This document shows, piece by piece, positions 29,010-38,571 of a DNA stretch of 64,000 nt. The first letter of the stretch is position 1. Each line of letters starts with the position of its first letter. Position numbers and translations under genes: made by a program. Under the pieces are notes generated by a model. It saw nothing but the letters and a program-made list of their open reading frames with translations, did no database searches and was not told where the DNA came from. The DNA is from Vicinamibacteria bacterium (GTDB lineage: Bacteria > Acidobacteriota > Vicinamibacteria > Marinacidobacterales > Marinacidobacteraceae): assembly GCA_963422395.1 (NCBI GenBank), contig OY729431.1, positions 1,632,001 to 1,696,000 of the forward strand, written 5' to 3'.

Positions 29010-31952
29010 TCAGGGCTCTTCGATCAGGGCCGCAATCACGGCGTCGTGGAAGGCGGGGCGAAGTCGGAAGATGCCGTCGTTGTCGCGGGTGGGATGGACT
29101 CGGTTCGTGAGCAGCACGGCGAAGAGATCCCGTTCCGGGTCCACCCAGATCGAGGTGCCGGTGAAGCCGGTATGGCCGAACGAAGACGCCGAGAAGTGTT
29201 CTCCCGCCGAGGACGGACCACCGGAAGCGGTCCGCGACGGAGTGTCCCAGCCGAGAGCACGGCTGCTTCCGGCCACGAGGCCGGCGCGGCGGGTGAAGCG
29301 GGAGATCGTGTCGGCGCGCAGCAGGCGCTCCCCGTTCATGGAACCGCCGTTGAGCAGCATCTGCAAGAAGATTCCGAGGTCCCCGGTGGTGCTGAAGAGC
29401 CCCGCGTGCGCGGCGACTTCGCCGAGCACCACGGTGTTCTCGTCGTGGACCTGACCCCGAACGATCCGTCCGCGCCAGGGGTTGTCTTCGGTGGGAGCGA
29501 TCCGCGGCAACAGATCTTCCCGAGGGCGGTAACCGGTGTCGTCCATGCCGAGCGGCTCCGTGATCCGCTCCCGCACCAACGCCGAAAGCCCCTTTCCGGC
29601 GACCCGCTCGATGATCTCGCCGAGCAGCAGGAGGCCGTTGTCGGAATATACGGAGTCGGTGCGGGGCTCGTAGTCGGAAGAAGCCCCCAGGATCCGGTCG
29701 AACACCAGCCGGCGCGCCCTGTCGAGCGGAATTCCGCGGGCCTCGGGATCGAACTCCAAGTAGAACTGGATCCACGCCGGAAGCCCGGAGGAATGGGCGA
29801 GCAGATCGGCCACTGTGACCCCGGCGCGCCTCCCTCGTTCCTCGTCGGATGGGGCCTGATCGAGGAACTCCGGCAGATAGACGCTCACCGGGAGAGAGAT
29901 GTCCAGCCGCCCCGCTTCCTCGAGCATCATCACCAGAGTGGTGGTGCCGACGACCTTGGTGAGCGAGGCCAGGTCATAGATCGTGTCGGGAGTCACCGCC
30001 GGAGCGCCTTCGGCGTAACGCATCCGGCCGAAGCCCTCCCGAAGCGCCACGCCGCCGCCGCGGACGACCAGCACGCTCGCTCCCGGAGTGACCCGCTCGG
30101 CGATCGCGCTCTCGATGACCGCGCGGATGTCCTCGATGCCCTCACGAGTCATCCCTACCTCTTCCGGTTCGACTTCACGAAGCACTTGGCGCACTGCAGC
30201 CTGCCGGATGCCCCCGCCCACCGCAAGCCCGGTGAGCGGAATCGGCAGCTGGCCGTCCAGAGCCCCTTCGCCGAAGAGCGCGGCGGCCGCTGCCCGCTGG
30301 CTGGACGGAGCGCTGTCCCAAGCGAGCAGGATCGCGGCTTCTGGCGGCAGGTTCCGGATCCCATGCGGGTTGCCGAAGGAAACGGCCACCAGTTTCTCGG
30401 CAAAAGGGGTGAGCGCGCGCAGCAGCTCGCTGGGCGTGTCGAGTCCGTACCGCCGAAAGTCGGCCAGCACCACGGCATCGGCCCGGTCCGCACCTTGGGT
30501 GAAACGATCGAGGGGCAGGGCGCCGTGACGATCGGTCGGGATCCTGCCCGCGAGCGCGCCGCGGCGGCGAAGGGCCTCGCGGAAGGGGCGGCGGCCGGGC
30601 TCGTAGGGGCTCTCCTGGTGCAACTCGATGAGAAAGAGACTCGGCGTCCGCGGCAGAGATCCCGGGAGCCTCGTCGAGAACGGGAGGAATTCCTCGGGAT
30701 CCCGGAGCAGGGTGAGGCCGCGCGCGAAGAGCGAGTTCGCCCAGACGCGATCTTCGGGGTCGGAGAGAGCATCGGCCAGACGCTCTGGCGGACTTCGGTC
30801 GGAAAACAGGCCCAGTCGAGCCTTCGCGGTGAGCACCCGCAGGACCGCCTCGTCGAGACGAGAGGCGGACAGCCGTCCGGCGCGGACCGCGCGGACCACC
30901 GACCGTTGTGCGACCACCGGATCGACAGGGACGAGGATCACATCCACTCCGGCCCCGAGGGCCGCCGCCGCGACATCGCCGTCGAAGCCGCTGCCCCGCG
31001 CTCCTTCCATCTCGAGAGCATCGCTGACCACGAGTCCGGAAAAACCCATCGCGGCGCGCAGCTCGCCGCCCAGGATCTCCGGGGAAAGAGTGGCCGGACG
31101 GTCCGTCCGCCCATCGAGCGCGGGCACCGCGAGGTGGCCCGGCATGACGGCAGAGACGCCGGCGTCCACCGCGGCCCGGAACGGAGCGAGATCCACCGCG
31201 TCGAGCTGATCGCGGGAAGCGGAGACCACGGCGAGCCCGTAGTGGCTGTCCGTCCCGGTCGCTCCGTGGCCGGGAAAGTGCTTCGCGGTGGCGAGCGCCC
31301 CCCCGGCCTCGACCCCCCGCAGGAACGCGGCGCCCAGCCGCGCGACGGTATTCGGGTCCGCACCGAACGAGCGCGTCCCGAGGACTGCGCTCTCGGGACT
31401 GGTGAGCACATCGAGCACCGGAGCCAGCACGAGATGAACCCCGAGCGCCCGCGCCTCGCGCGCCACGATGCGCCCCTGACGCTCCATCGCCTCCGGGTCG
31501 GGAGCAGCCGCCGCCTGCATCGCCGGGGGGAAACGGATCCCGCCGGCGGTGCGCATCGCTGTTCCCCATTCGTAGTCGGCCGCGATGAGGAGCGGGAGCG
31601 GCGCCACGCTCTGGAGCGCCGCGGTCATGCGCCGTGTCCCCTCGGGAGTCCCCGCGAAGACGACGGCGCCACCGATCCGGCCCGCCTCGGCCAAGCGGAG
31701 AATCGCCTTCCGTTCGGGGTCCGCGACGTTTCGGAATTCCGCCGGTGCCCTGGGCATCACCACCTGGCCGGCTTTCGCCTCGAGGGCGAGCCCGGTCAGG
31801 ACCCGGCGAGCGATGTCCTCCGCTTCCTGCCCGCCGGCGGCCCGCTCGCCGAACAGGAGCGCAGCGCAAAGCACTAGCAGTCCGTGGATGAAGCGGCGCG
31901 AGCACCGAGACCGGGGAGGCGCCTGGCTGACAAGGCGCGAATCGGGAGGCAT
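29010..31952 (-). CDS. GH3 beta-N-acetylglucosaminidase (NagZ) fused to a beta-lactamase-fold serine hydrolase (AmiE-like)
   Basis: ADYEWG and KHFPGHGATGTDSH (NagZ); ASLTK (SxxK), YSD, GHTGFTG. Start is either ATG 31952 (inside the repeat) or GTG 31874. Confidence 0.88.
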   Translation of the reverse strand: MPPDSRLVSQAPPRSRCSRRFIHGLLVLCAALLFGERAAGGQEAEDIARRVLTGLALEAKAGQVVMPRAPAEFRNVADPERKAILRLAEAGRIGGAVVFAGTPEGTRRMTAALQSVAPLPLLIAADYEWGTAMRTAGGIRFPPAMQAAAAPDPEAMERQGRIVAREARALGVHLVLAPVLDVLTSPESAVLGTRSFGADPNTVARLGAAFLRGVEAGGALATAKHFPGHGATGTDSHYGLAVVSASRDQLDAVDLAPFRAAVDAGVSAVMPGHLAVPALDGRTDRPATLSPEILGGELRAAMGFSGLVVSDALEMEGARGSGFDGDVAAAALGAGVDVILVPVDPVVAQRSVVRAVRAGRLSASRLDEAVLRVLTAKARLGLFSDRSPPERLADALSDPEDRVWANSLFARGLTLLRDPEEFLPFSTRLPGSLPRTPSLFLIELHQESPYEPGRRPFREALRRRGALAGRIPTDRHGALPLDRFTQGADRADAVVLADFRRYGLDTPSELLRALTPFAEKLVAVSFGNPHGIRNLPPEAAILLAWDSAPSSQRAAAAALFGEGALDGQLPIPLTGLAVGGGIRQAAVRQVLREVEPEEVGMTREGIEDIRAVIESAIAERVTPGASVLVVRGGGVALREGFGRMRYAEGAPAVTPDTIYDLASLTKVVGTTTLVMMLEEAGRLDISLPVSVYLPEFLDQAPSDEERGRRAGVTVADLLAHSSGLPAWIQFYLEFDPEARGIPLDRARRLVFDRILGASSDYEPRTDSVYSDNGLLLLGEIIERVAGKGLSALVRERITEPLGMDDTGYRPREDLLPRIAPTEDNPWRGRIVRGQVHDENTVVLGEVAAHAGLFSTTGDLGIFLQMLLNGGSMNGERLLRADTISRFTRRAGLVAGSSRALGWDTPSRTASGGPSSAGEHFSASSFGHTGFTGTSIWVDPERDLFAVLLTNRVHPTRDNDGIFRLRPAFHDAVIAALIEEP

Positions 31953-32014
31953 ACCGGGCGTATTCCGACTGATTTGCAACGAAGAGCGAAGCGGTTCAGC
32001 CGGGGCACCACCGG
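31874..32014 (+). repeat. MITE-like repeat copy (left end plus core)
   Basis: CTAGCAGTCCGTGGATGAAGCGGCGCGAGC...ACAAGGCGCGAATCGGGAGGCATACCGGGCGTATTCCGAC; aligns closely over about 125 bp with the reverse complement of 39728-39855. Confidence 0.85.
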
Positions 32015-32137
32015 CGGAGCCCGCGCTCCGAAACGCGCGGAAGGCGTCGGCCAGAGGCGGAAGGAGAATCTGCAAATCTGGTGCGACCGCGCCGCGCCGG
32101 ATTCTAAAGGTCCCGGTGAGCGGCGGGAAACGGCGAG

Positions 32138-32158
32138 AGCAGTCCGTGGAGGAAGGGG
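32138..32158 (+). repeat. isolated degenerate end of the same repeat
   Basis: AGCAGTCCGTGGAGGAAG versus AGCAGTCCGTGGATGAAG (17/18). Confidence 0.6.
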
Positions 32159-32202
32159 CAGCGCTTCCAGAGCGGGGAAGCGCGCGGCACGGTTCCGTCC
32201 GT

Positions 32203-35200
32203 ATGATCCGGGATTCCATGATGGACACGGATTCGGGAACCGCTTCTTCGAACGGTCTCGAGGTCCGCCGATTTCCGAGCTGGGGCGGGCTCCGCGAATG
32301 GGTGATCCAGGAAGCAGCACGGGCCGCCGCCCCTGCCCCGGACGGGCAGGCGCATCGGGGGGCCGGGCCTCTCCGGATCCTGGTTCCGAGCACCGGGGCC
32401 GCCTGGGTCCTGGAGCGGGCTTTGAGGACGGGGCTCTCGGACGCTCGAAGCGCCGCGTTCCCCGAGGTGGGGATCGTCGAAGATCTCTTTCGCGATCTGC
32501 TCGGAGACCTCGATCCTCCCTTCCGGCTGGCGCCTCCGCTGGTTCGGGAAATTCTCATGGAGGAAGCCCTGCTCGCCGGCGCTTCGGATGCGGAAGCCCC
32601 TCCGGGAGATCCGGCGCAGCTCGCCGATGCCTTCCTCTCCTTCCTCGACGGGCAGGCGGCGGACCGCACCATCGACGCGGCACAGCCGGCTTTCGAACAA
32701 TTCGTGCAACGGGCGGAGCGGCATCTCGGCGAGGCCCGGGAGTCCGACGACGGCGCCGCGCGTCTGCTCGGGCTCACCCATTGGCTTTCGCGGGCCCACT
32801 CGCGGTATCTCGAAGCTCTCGAAGCGGCGGCGCGGGCCGATGCCGATCGCGCGCGCCGCCTCCTCTTCGCCCGCGCGGCCTCGATTCGACCGCGATTCCG
32901 GGGGATGCGGACGATCGCAGTCGGCGAAGACGCGCTCCGTCCCGCCGATCGGGAACTGCTCGCCGAATTGCTTCCTCCCGGAGGACTCGTCCTCGGGCTG
33001 GCCGCAGGAGCGGCGGATCCCCTTCCCCCATCCCTCCCGCCGCCGGCGGCGCTCCCGGCTGGGGGATCTCCGGGGCTTCCCGGCGAACCCGAGCCCCCTG
33101 CCCGGATCCCGTCCCGGCAAGCGACCCTGTTCGAGCCGCTGCCTGAGAACCGCGTTCCGCCGACCCTCTTCGTGCCTGGAGGGGAGAGCGCCGGGCTGAT
33201 CTTCCGCGCTACCGACCGAGAAGGGGAAGTGCGTGCCGCCGCCTCGCTGCTCTGCCGTTTTCGAGAAGAGAGCGGCTCCCGTTTTCGCGGATTCGACCGC
33301 TGCGCGCTGGCAGCGCAAAGGCCGAGCGACTACCGGGACGCCGCGGATTCCGTGCTTCCCGACTTCGGGATTCCGCTCGACACCAGGGAAGGGCCTCGCC
33401 TGACCTCGGAACCGTGGGCGGCGTCGCTCGGTGATGTTCTGGAGTTCGCTGCGAACCCCGGCCGGCTTTCCTCGGGGATCCGGATGCTGCGCGGACCGTT
33501 CTTCCGTGACTCGCAGCTGCCGCTCCCGCCTCCCCGGTGCGCCGACATCCTGGCCGGCGAAGCGGCCCGCGCCGGGATGCGCGACACGAACGCCCTCGAC
33601 GATTTCCCCCGCCTCGCGGGGCGTTTCCTGCAGCGGTCGGAACAGGCCCGCAGGGCCGCCGAGAATTCGGAGAGACCGGAACGGCGGCGCGAAAGGGCGG
33701 CAGCACTTGCGGCCGCCGGTGCCGCCCTTTCGCGGTTGACGGTTTTCTCCGGGGCGCTCGCACCGCTCTGCGACCCGGACGCCGGCTTCCGCGCCGCAGT
33801 GGAGGGGTTGACGACCTTCCTCGAAGAATTCTTGCAGCCTGTCGAAGTGGAGCCAAACGAGATTCCGGAACGAACGCTGCAGATTCTGCGGCAGGCAGCC
33901 GCGGCAGCGCCCGAGGCCGCCCGTTCCGGCGGCGCCGAAGCGTTTGCCCGCCGGATTCGCCGTTTACTGAATCGCCGCCGCCTTCCGGGAAGCCCGCCGC
34001 CGAAAACGGGCCGGGCCGCCCGTTCCGGCGGCGTGCACCTGATCGCCGCCCAAGACGCCCCGTTCGGCGATTACGACTTCCTGGTGCTGCTCGGCATGGT
34101 GGACGCCGACTGGCCCGCCCGCCGTCCCCAGAACATCCTCTTCCCGAACCGACTGCTCGAACCAGCCACCCGCGCCCGCGAGCGGCGGCGGGCCGATCAG
34201 GAAATCCGTCTTCTCTCGGAGTTCTCGACCCTCCCCCGACAGGCGGCCGCCTTCACTCGCCCCGACCTCGAAGACGGTTTCCCGGTGGGCGTATCTCCAC
34301 TCGAGATCGAACTCGTCGAGGCCTCGCGAACGCGAAACCCGCGCCGCCGCCCGGTCACGATCCGAAACCGCCGCCTCGGGGTGGAAGACGAAGAGCAGGA
34401 GGTCTCGCCGCTCCCGCTCGCGCTCGACCGCCGCGCCCCCTCGGCGGCCGTGCTCGAACGCGCGGTCTCTCCCAGCGCCCTCGACATCTATGCCAGGAGT
34501 CCGGCCCAGTTCTTCGCCCGCTACATGCTGCGTCTCGAAGAAGAGTCCTCTCCGGTAGAAGTGGCGACTCCCGCGGAGCGGGGCGAAGTGATTCACCGCT
34601 TCCTCGAGAGGGGTTACCGGGCGCTCGCCGCGGCCGGCACCGTGCTCGGCGAATCCAGCCTGGACCAGGTCTCGGCGTTCCTCCGCGAGGAGTTCCGGGC
34701 CTTCGCCGGAGCACTGCCGTGGAGCGAGGCCGAACGAAACACCGAAGAGCGGTGGCTCTTCGGCGGGGACGCGACGCCCGGAGCCATGGAATGGTTTCTG
34801 CGCGAGGAAGCAGAACGGGGACCGGCCCGGCCGACGGAGTTCGAGAAGTGGATTTCGGGCGAAGTGGAGAGCGCTGCTCCCGGTGCAGCGCCGCTCGTGG
34901 TCGAGGGGCGGCTGGATCGCCTCGATCTCCTGGATCGCCCGTCCGGCCAAACCCGGCGGGTCGTCGAATACAAGACCGGCCGGTTCCACCGCAAACCACT
35001 CCAGGCTCGGCTCTATGCCCGCATCCTCGAGGCGAACGACGGCGAGCCCACCGATTTCGCCGTTCCCTTCCTGGGAAGCCGGGATTGGATCGGTCCGGAC
35101 TCGCAGCCGGGTGACGACGAGCAGGACGAACTCATCCGCAAGGTCCGCGGCGGCCTCGCCCGGGGGGACTTTCCGCCGCCGGCCGACCAGGACAGCCCCT

Positions 35201-35262
35201 TCGACTTCCACCTCGTGATCCGACGGGACCTGCCGGACGCCTCTGCCGAATCTGCCTCCTGA
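32203..35262 (+). CDS. AddB-like inactive helicase with C-terminal PD-(D/E)XK nuclease
   Basis: SPSAL..Y...P..FF, GEVIH..LE, FE, GRLDRLD, VVEYKTG, QARLY; directly upstream of a UvrD helicase. Confidence 0.85.
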   Translation: MIRDSMMDTDSGTASSNGLEVRRFPSWGGLREWVIQEAARAAAPAPDGQAHRGAGPLRILVPSTGAAWVLERALRTGLSDARSAAFPEVGIVEDLFRDLLGDLDPPFRLAPPLVREILMEEALLAGASDAEAPPGDPAQLADAFLSFLDGQAADRTIDAAQPAFEQFVQRAERHLGEARESDDGAARLLGLTHWLSRAHSRYLEALEAAARADADRARRLLFARAASIRPRFRGMRTIAVGEDALRPADRELLAELLPPGGLVLGLAAGAADPLPPSLPPPAALPAGGSPGLPGEPEPPARIPSRQATLFEPLPENRVPPTLFVPGGESAGLIFRATDREGEVRAAASLLCRFREESGSRFRGFDRCALAAQRPSDYRDAADSVLPDFGIPLDTREGPRLTSEPWAASLGDVLEFAANPGRLSSGIRMLRGPFFRDSQLPLPPPRCADILAGEAARAGMRDTNALDDFPRLAGRFLQRSEQARRAAENSERPERRRERAAALAAAGAALSRLTVFSGALAPLCDPDAGFRAAVEGLTTFLEEFLQPVEVEPNEIPERTLQILRQAAAAAPEAARSGGAEAFARRIRRLLNRRRLPGSPPPKTGRAARSGGVHLIAAQDAPFGDYDFLVLLGMVDADWPARRPQNILFPNRLLEPATRARERRRADQEIRLLSEFSTLPRQAAAFTRPDLEDGFPVGVSPLEIELVEASRTRNPRRRPVTIRNRRLGVEDEEQEVSPLPLALDRRAPSAAVLERAVSPSALDIYARSPAQFFARYMLRLEEESSPVEVATPAERGEVIHRFLERGYRALAAAGTVLGESSLDQVSAFLREEFRAFAGALPWSEAERNTEERWLFGGDATPGAMEWFLREEAERGPARPTEFEKWISGEVESAAPGAAPLVVEGRLDRLDLLDRPSGQTRRVVEYKTGRFHRKPLQARLYARILEANDGEPTDFAVPFLGSRDWIGPDSQPGDDEQDELIRKVRGGLARGDFPPPADQDSPFDFHLVIRRDLPDASAESAS

Positions 35263-35266
35263 TCCG

Positions 35267-37957
35267 ATGGGGGAAAAACTCTTTCCGCCCGATGCGTCCG
35301 CGCGGCGGGCCGCGGCCGATCCGTCACGGAATGTGGTGCTGCGCGCCTCGGCGGGCACCGGGAAAACCACGGTGCTGACCGATCGCTATATCCGGCTCGT
35401 CGAGTGCGGCGTTCCCCCCCGCAACATCCTCGCCCTCACCTTCACCAGGAAGGCAGCCCAGGAAATGAAGGACCGCATCGTCGGGGAGCTGGGAACCGGC
35501 GACCGGCGGCGGGCGCTCGCCGGTCGGACGGATGTCGCCGAGGTGAACATCTCGACACTCGACGCCTTCACCCTCGGCCTCATCCGGGAGTTTCCCCTGG
35601 ACGCCGCGGTGAGCCCCGGAATCGAGGTGCTCGACGAGCGTTCCATGCCGGTGATGCAGCAGCAGGCGATCCGGCGGGTCTTCTCCGGGGCGACCGGCTT
35701 CGATCGAGAAACGCTCGGAATGCTGCCGCTGCTGCTCGACCGCTCGCGGGGGCAGGTCGAACAGGCCGCCCGCACCTACCTCCAACGCCGGCTCGTCTGG
35801 CGCAAACGCTTCCAGGAAAAGGCGGTCGAAGCGGAGGGCCGGCCGCTACCGAAGGCCCCCTGTTTGCGGAACTTCTTCCAGGAGGCCGCCTCCTCGTGCG
35901 AGCGCCTGCGGACGGCGGGCAGGGAGGCCGGCTTTCCGCTGCCGGCGCGCCTGGCACTTCGCCTCGCGAAGCAGGACAGCGCCCGGGATGCGCTCGACCG
36001 CGAGGCACTGGAACGGTTCTTCCCGGTGAACCGGAAGACTCCGCCGAAGAACTTGCCGAAGGGACTCCGCCGGGATTTTCGGACCGTGGCTGCGAGGGTC
36101 CGGGAGTTCCGATCCCGCTGGCTCGATTTCCTGAATGAACGCGCCTTCGAGCCGGTGTGGGAGCTGTTCCAGGCAGTGGAGAGCGAGTACCAACGACTGA
36201 AGCGGGAACGCGGGGTGATGGACTTCGACGATCTCACCGTAACCGCGACCCGCCTGCTCGCGGGACTCGGGGAGTTCTCGGCCAGCCGGTTCCGGCTCGA
36301 GTCCCGCTACCACCATCTGCTTCTCGACGAGTTCCACGACACCAGCGACGCTCAGTGGGAACTGCTCCGCACCGTCATTCGCCCCTGGACCGCGGGGATG
36401 GGCCTCACCGCCGAGGAGGTGCAGCGCGTGACCCGGGGACGCCTCTCAGGGCCGACGATCTTCGTGGTGGGCGACCACAAGCAGTCCATCTACCGCTTCC
36501 GAGACGCCCGCGTCGAGATTCTCGGCCGCGCCGAGGCAGAGATCCGCAGGCTTCGGGACCCGGCCGGCGAGCCGGACCCCCGGGTGGTGCTGCGCTGGAA
36601 CTTTCGCTCCACGAGACGCCTCCGCCGCTTCGTCAACAGCGCCTCCCGCCGCATCGCGGCACCCCCCGGGGGGGAGTCTGCGGCAGACTGGGCATTCCGC
36701 TACGGTGAGGACGATTTCCTTCCCGAGGCCGAGGGGCCGGAGGACCGAGCCGCCGAAGGAGATCCCATCGGCCGCCCAGCGCTTTCGGTCGCGGTCGGAG
36801 AGACCCACGAATCGGTTGCGGAGTGCGTCGCCCACCGGATTCGGGCGCTGGTCGAGAACGGCGCCCGGGAGGAGAGCATCGCCATGCTGGCACGAACCGG
36901 CACGAAGCTCTCCCTCTATCGGGAGGCGGTAGAACGCCTCGGGATTTCGGCGTACCTGATGCGGGGGGCAGGCTTCTTCGATACCCCGGAGGTGCGCGAT
37001 CTGCGAGCGCTCCTCCGATTCCTCGCGCGCCCCCATTCGGACCGGCGAGCGGTGGAGATGCTGCGTTCCCGATTCTTCGCGCTTTCGGGAGAAGACCTCG
37101 CCCGGCTCCGACTGGCCAGTGCGGCGGCTACCCCGTTCTCCGATCTGCTCCGCTCCGGCGGCGAAACCCAGCCGCCCGGACTCGAGGCGGCGTGCGCCGG
37201 CCGGCTCCGGGACGCAGGGGGCGCCGCCGCCCCCTGGATCCTCCTTACTCGCCGGTTGACGCCCTCCCGCGCCGTCATCCGGGTCCTCGAGGAAACCCGC
37301 TACTCCGCGCGTGTGCTGGCTGCGGCCCGGCGACCCCACGAGGGCCGTCAGCAGGCGGCGAATGTAGCGAAGACACTCCAACTCTTGCGAAGCTTCGAGA
37401 AGGAAGGATTCGCGAGCATGGAGCGCGTTGCCGAGCGGTTCGAAAGCGCCGCCGACGGCGACTCCACCCACGCTCCGGTCGAGGCGGGGGGAGCGGTCCA
37501 GACGCTGTCCATCCACGCCGCGAAAGGCCTCGAGTTCGAGCATGTGTTCCTCGTGGACTGCGGCAGCAGCGGGCGGGGCGACAGCGGAATCCCGCGCGTC
37601 CGGGAGAGCGGTTCGGGCCGCTGGAGCATCGCTCTGATCCGGGACGCCGCTCACTGGAAACTGGACGACGGCGGGCGGGCCGAGTCCGAGGAACGCCGCT
37701 GCCTCTATGTGGCGATGACCCGTGCCAGACGGACCCTCTCGCTGTCGTGGACCACGAAGTTCCGGAAGGATGGGACCCCGTTCAAACCCCGAGGCCTCGC
37801 CGCTCTGCTCCCCGCCGATCTCTTCGCGGCGGCTTCCGCGACCGTTCGCGATCCGAAACCCGCGTTGGTCTGGGAAGGGCACCCGATCGAAGTGCTCCCC
37901 CCGCCGGCGGCGAAAGCGAACCCGCCGGCGGCGAAAGCGAACCCGCCGGCGGTATGA
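35267..37957 (+). CDS. AddA/UvrD-family SF1 helicase without nuclease domain
   Basis: ASAGTGKT, TFTRKAAQEM, DEFHDT, VGDHKQSIYRFR, NFRS, SIHAAKGLEF, EERRCLYVAMTRAR. Confidence 0.9.
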   Translation: MGEKLFPPDASARRAAADPSRNVVLRASAGTGKTTVLTDRYIRLVECGVPPRNILALTFTRKAAQEMKDRIVGELGTGDRRRALAGRTDVAEVNISTLDAFTLGLIREFPLDAAVSPGIEVLDERSMPVMQQQAIRRVFSGATGFDRETLGMLPLLLDRSRGQVEQAARTYLQRRLVWRKRFQEKAVEAEGRPLPKAPCLRNFFQEAASSCERLRTAGREAGFPLPARLALRLAKQDSARDALDREALERFFPVNRKTPPKNLPKGLRRDFRTVAARVREFRSRWLDFLNERAFEPVWELFQAVESEYQRLKRERGVMDFDDLTVTATRLLAGLGEFSASRFRLESRYHHLLLDEFHDTSDAQWELLRTVIRPWTAGMGLTAEEVQRVTRGRLSGPTIFVVGDHKQSIYRFRDARVEILGRAEAEIRRLRDPAGEPDPRVVLRWNFRSTRRLRRFVNSASRRIAAPPGGESAADWAFRYGEDDFLPEAEGPEDRAAEGDPIGRPALSVAVGETHESVAECVAHRIRALVENGAREESIAMLARTGTKLSLYREAVERLGISAYLMRGAGFFDTPEVRDLRALLRFLARPHSDRRAVEMLRSRFFALSGEDLARLRLASAAATPFSDLLRSGGETQPPGLEAACAGRLRDAGGAAAPWILLTRRLTPSRAVIRVLEETRYSARVLAAARRPHEGRQQAANVAKTLQLLRSFEKEGFASMERVAERFESAADGDSTHAPVEAGGAVQTLSIHAAKGLEFEHVFLVDCGSSGRGDSGIPRVRESGSGRWSIALIRDAAHWKLDDGGRAESEERRCLYVAMTRARRTLSLSWTTKFRKDGTPFKPRGLAALLPADLFAAASATVRDPKPALVWEGHPIEVLPPPAAKANPPAAKANPPAV
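37900..37952. repeat. 21-bp tandem repeat (about 2.5 copies) at the helicase 3' end
   Basis: CCCGCCGGCGGCGAAAGCGAA repeated; encodes PPAAKAN. Confidence 0.9.
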
Positions 37958-38571
37958 CGGAGACGCCCGCCGCCCGGAAACGGCGATTCACCGCCACCCG
38001 GCTGCTCGCCCACCGGCTCTTCCATCGCGCCTTGACGGTCGGCCCGACGCCAGACCCGGAGCGGGCGGATGCCGCCTTCGCACCCGCTCCTCCCGATCAG
38101 GACGCCGCGCTCCGGCTGGTGGACGAACGGCTCGTCCCCGGCCCCGAAGCCCGGCACGCGGCCGCCGCGGAAGCCCTCCTCCTCTGCCGGGCCGCGCTCG
38201 CCGTAACCCGCCCGGGGGGGATGCTCGACGGCCGGCTTCGCACGAACCTCCGAATCAACGCCCCCCGCGCCGGCGGCGGCGTCGGCGTCGTCTCGATCCC
38301 GACCCTGATCCAGGGTCCCGACGGCATGGTCTCGGTCGTCGCCATGCAGCCTTCCGGCGAACCCCTCGCCGTTCGCCGGGCCCGCTGCTACCGAAGGGCG
38401 GCCGCGATCCTCTTCGACCGTCCGGTTCGCGCGTTCATCGTCCGCCCGGACGGTTCCCCGCAGGAGCTTCCGGCGCGCCGGACTCGCCGCAGCGAACCGA
38501 CCGCGGCCGCGAATCGAGACAGAGGATGTTCTCCGTCCGCCCATCGGCGATCCGGGCGCAGGCCCCGGTGA
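37954..38571 (+). CDS. hypothetical protein, probable detached and degenerate AddA nuclease domain
   Basis: ATGA overlap with helicase stop; LAHRLF...SIPTLI...VSVVAMQ...CYRRAA..LF...VRAFIV follows RecB-nuclease spacing without the acidic/Lys catalytic residues. Confidence 0.55.
   Translation: MTETPAARKRRFTATRLLAHRLFHRALTVGPTPDPERADAAFAPAPPDQDAALRLVDERLVPGPEARHAAAAEALLLCRAALAVTRPGGMLDGRLRTNLRINAPRAGGGVGVVSIPTLIQGPDGMVSVVAMQPSGEPLAVRRARCYRRAAAILFDRPVRAFIVRPDGSPQELPARRTRRSEPTAAANRDRGCSPSAHRRSGRRPR

Noticed and set aside
29010-30150. Beta-lactamase-fold domains (here and at 41295-42794) as antibiotic resistance genes
   Set aside because: Their fusion contexts (NagZ, NUDIX) point to housekeeping hydrolases.
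28734-31877. 1047-aa plus-strand ORF and many other long Arg/Pro/Gly-rich ORFs in the track
   Set aside because: Shadow ORFs antisense or out of frame to well-supported genes; expected at this GC content; no motifs.
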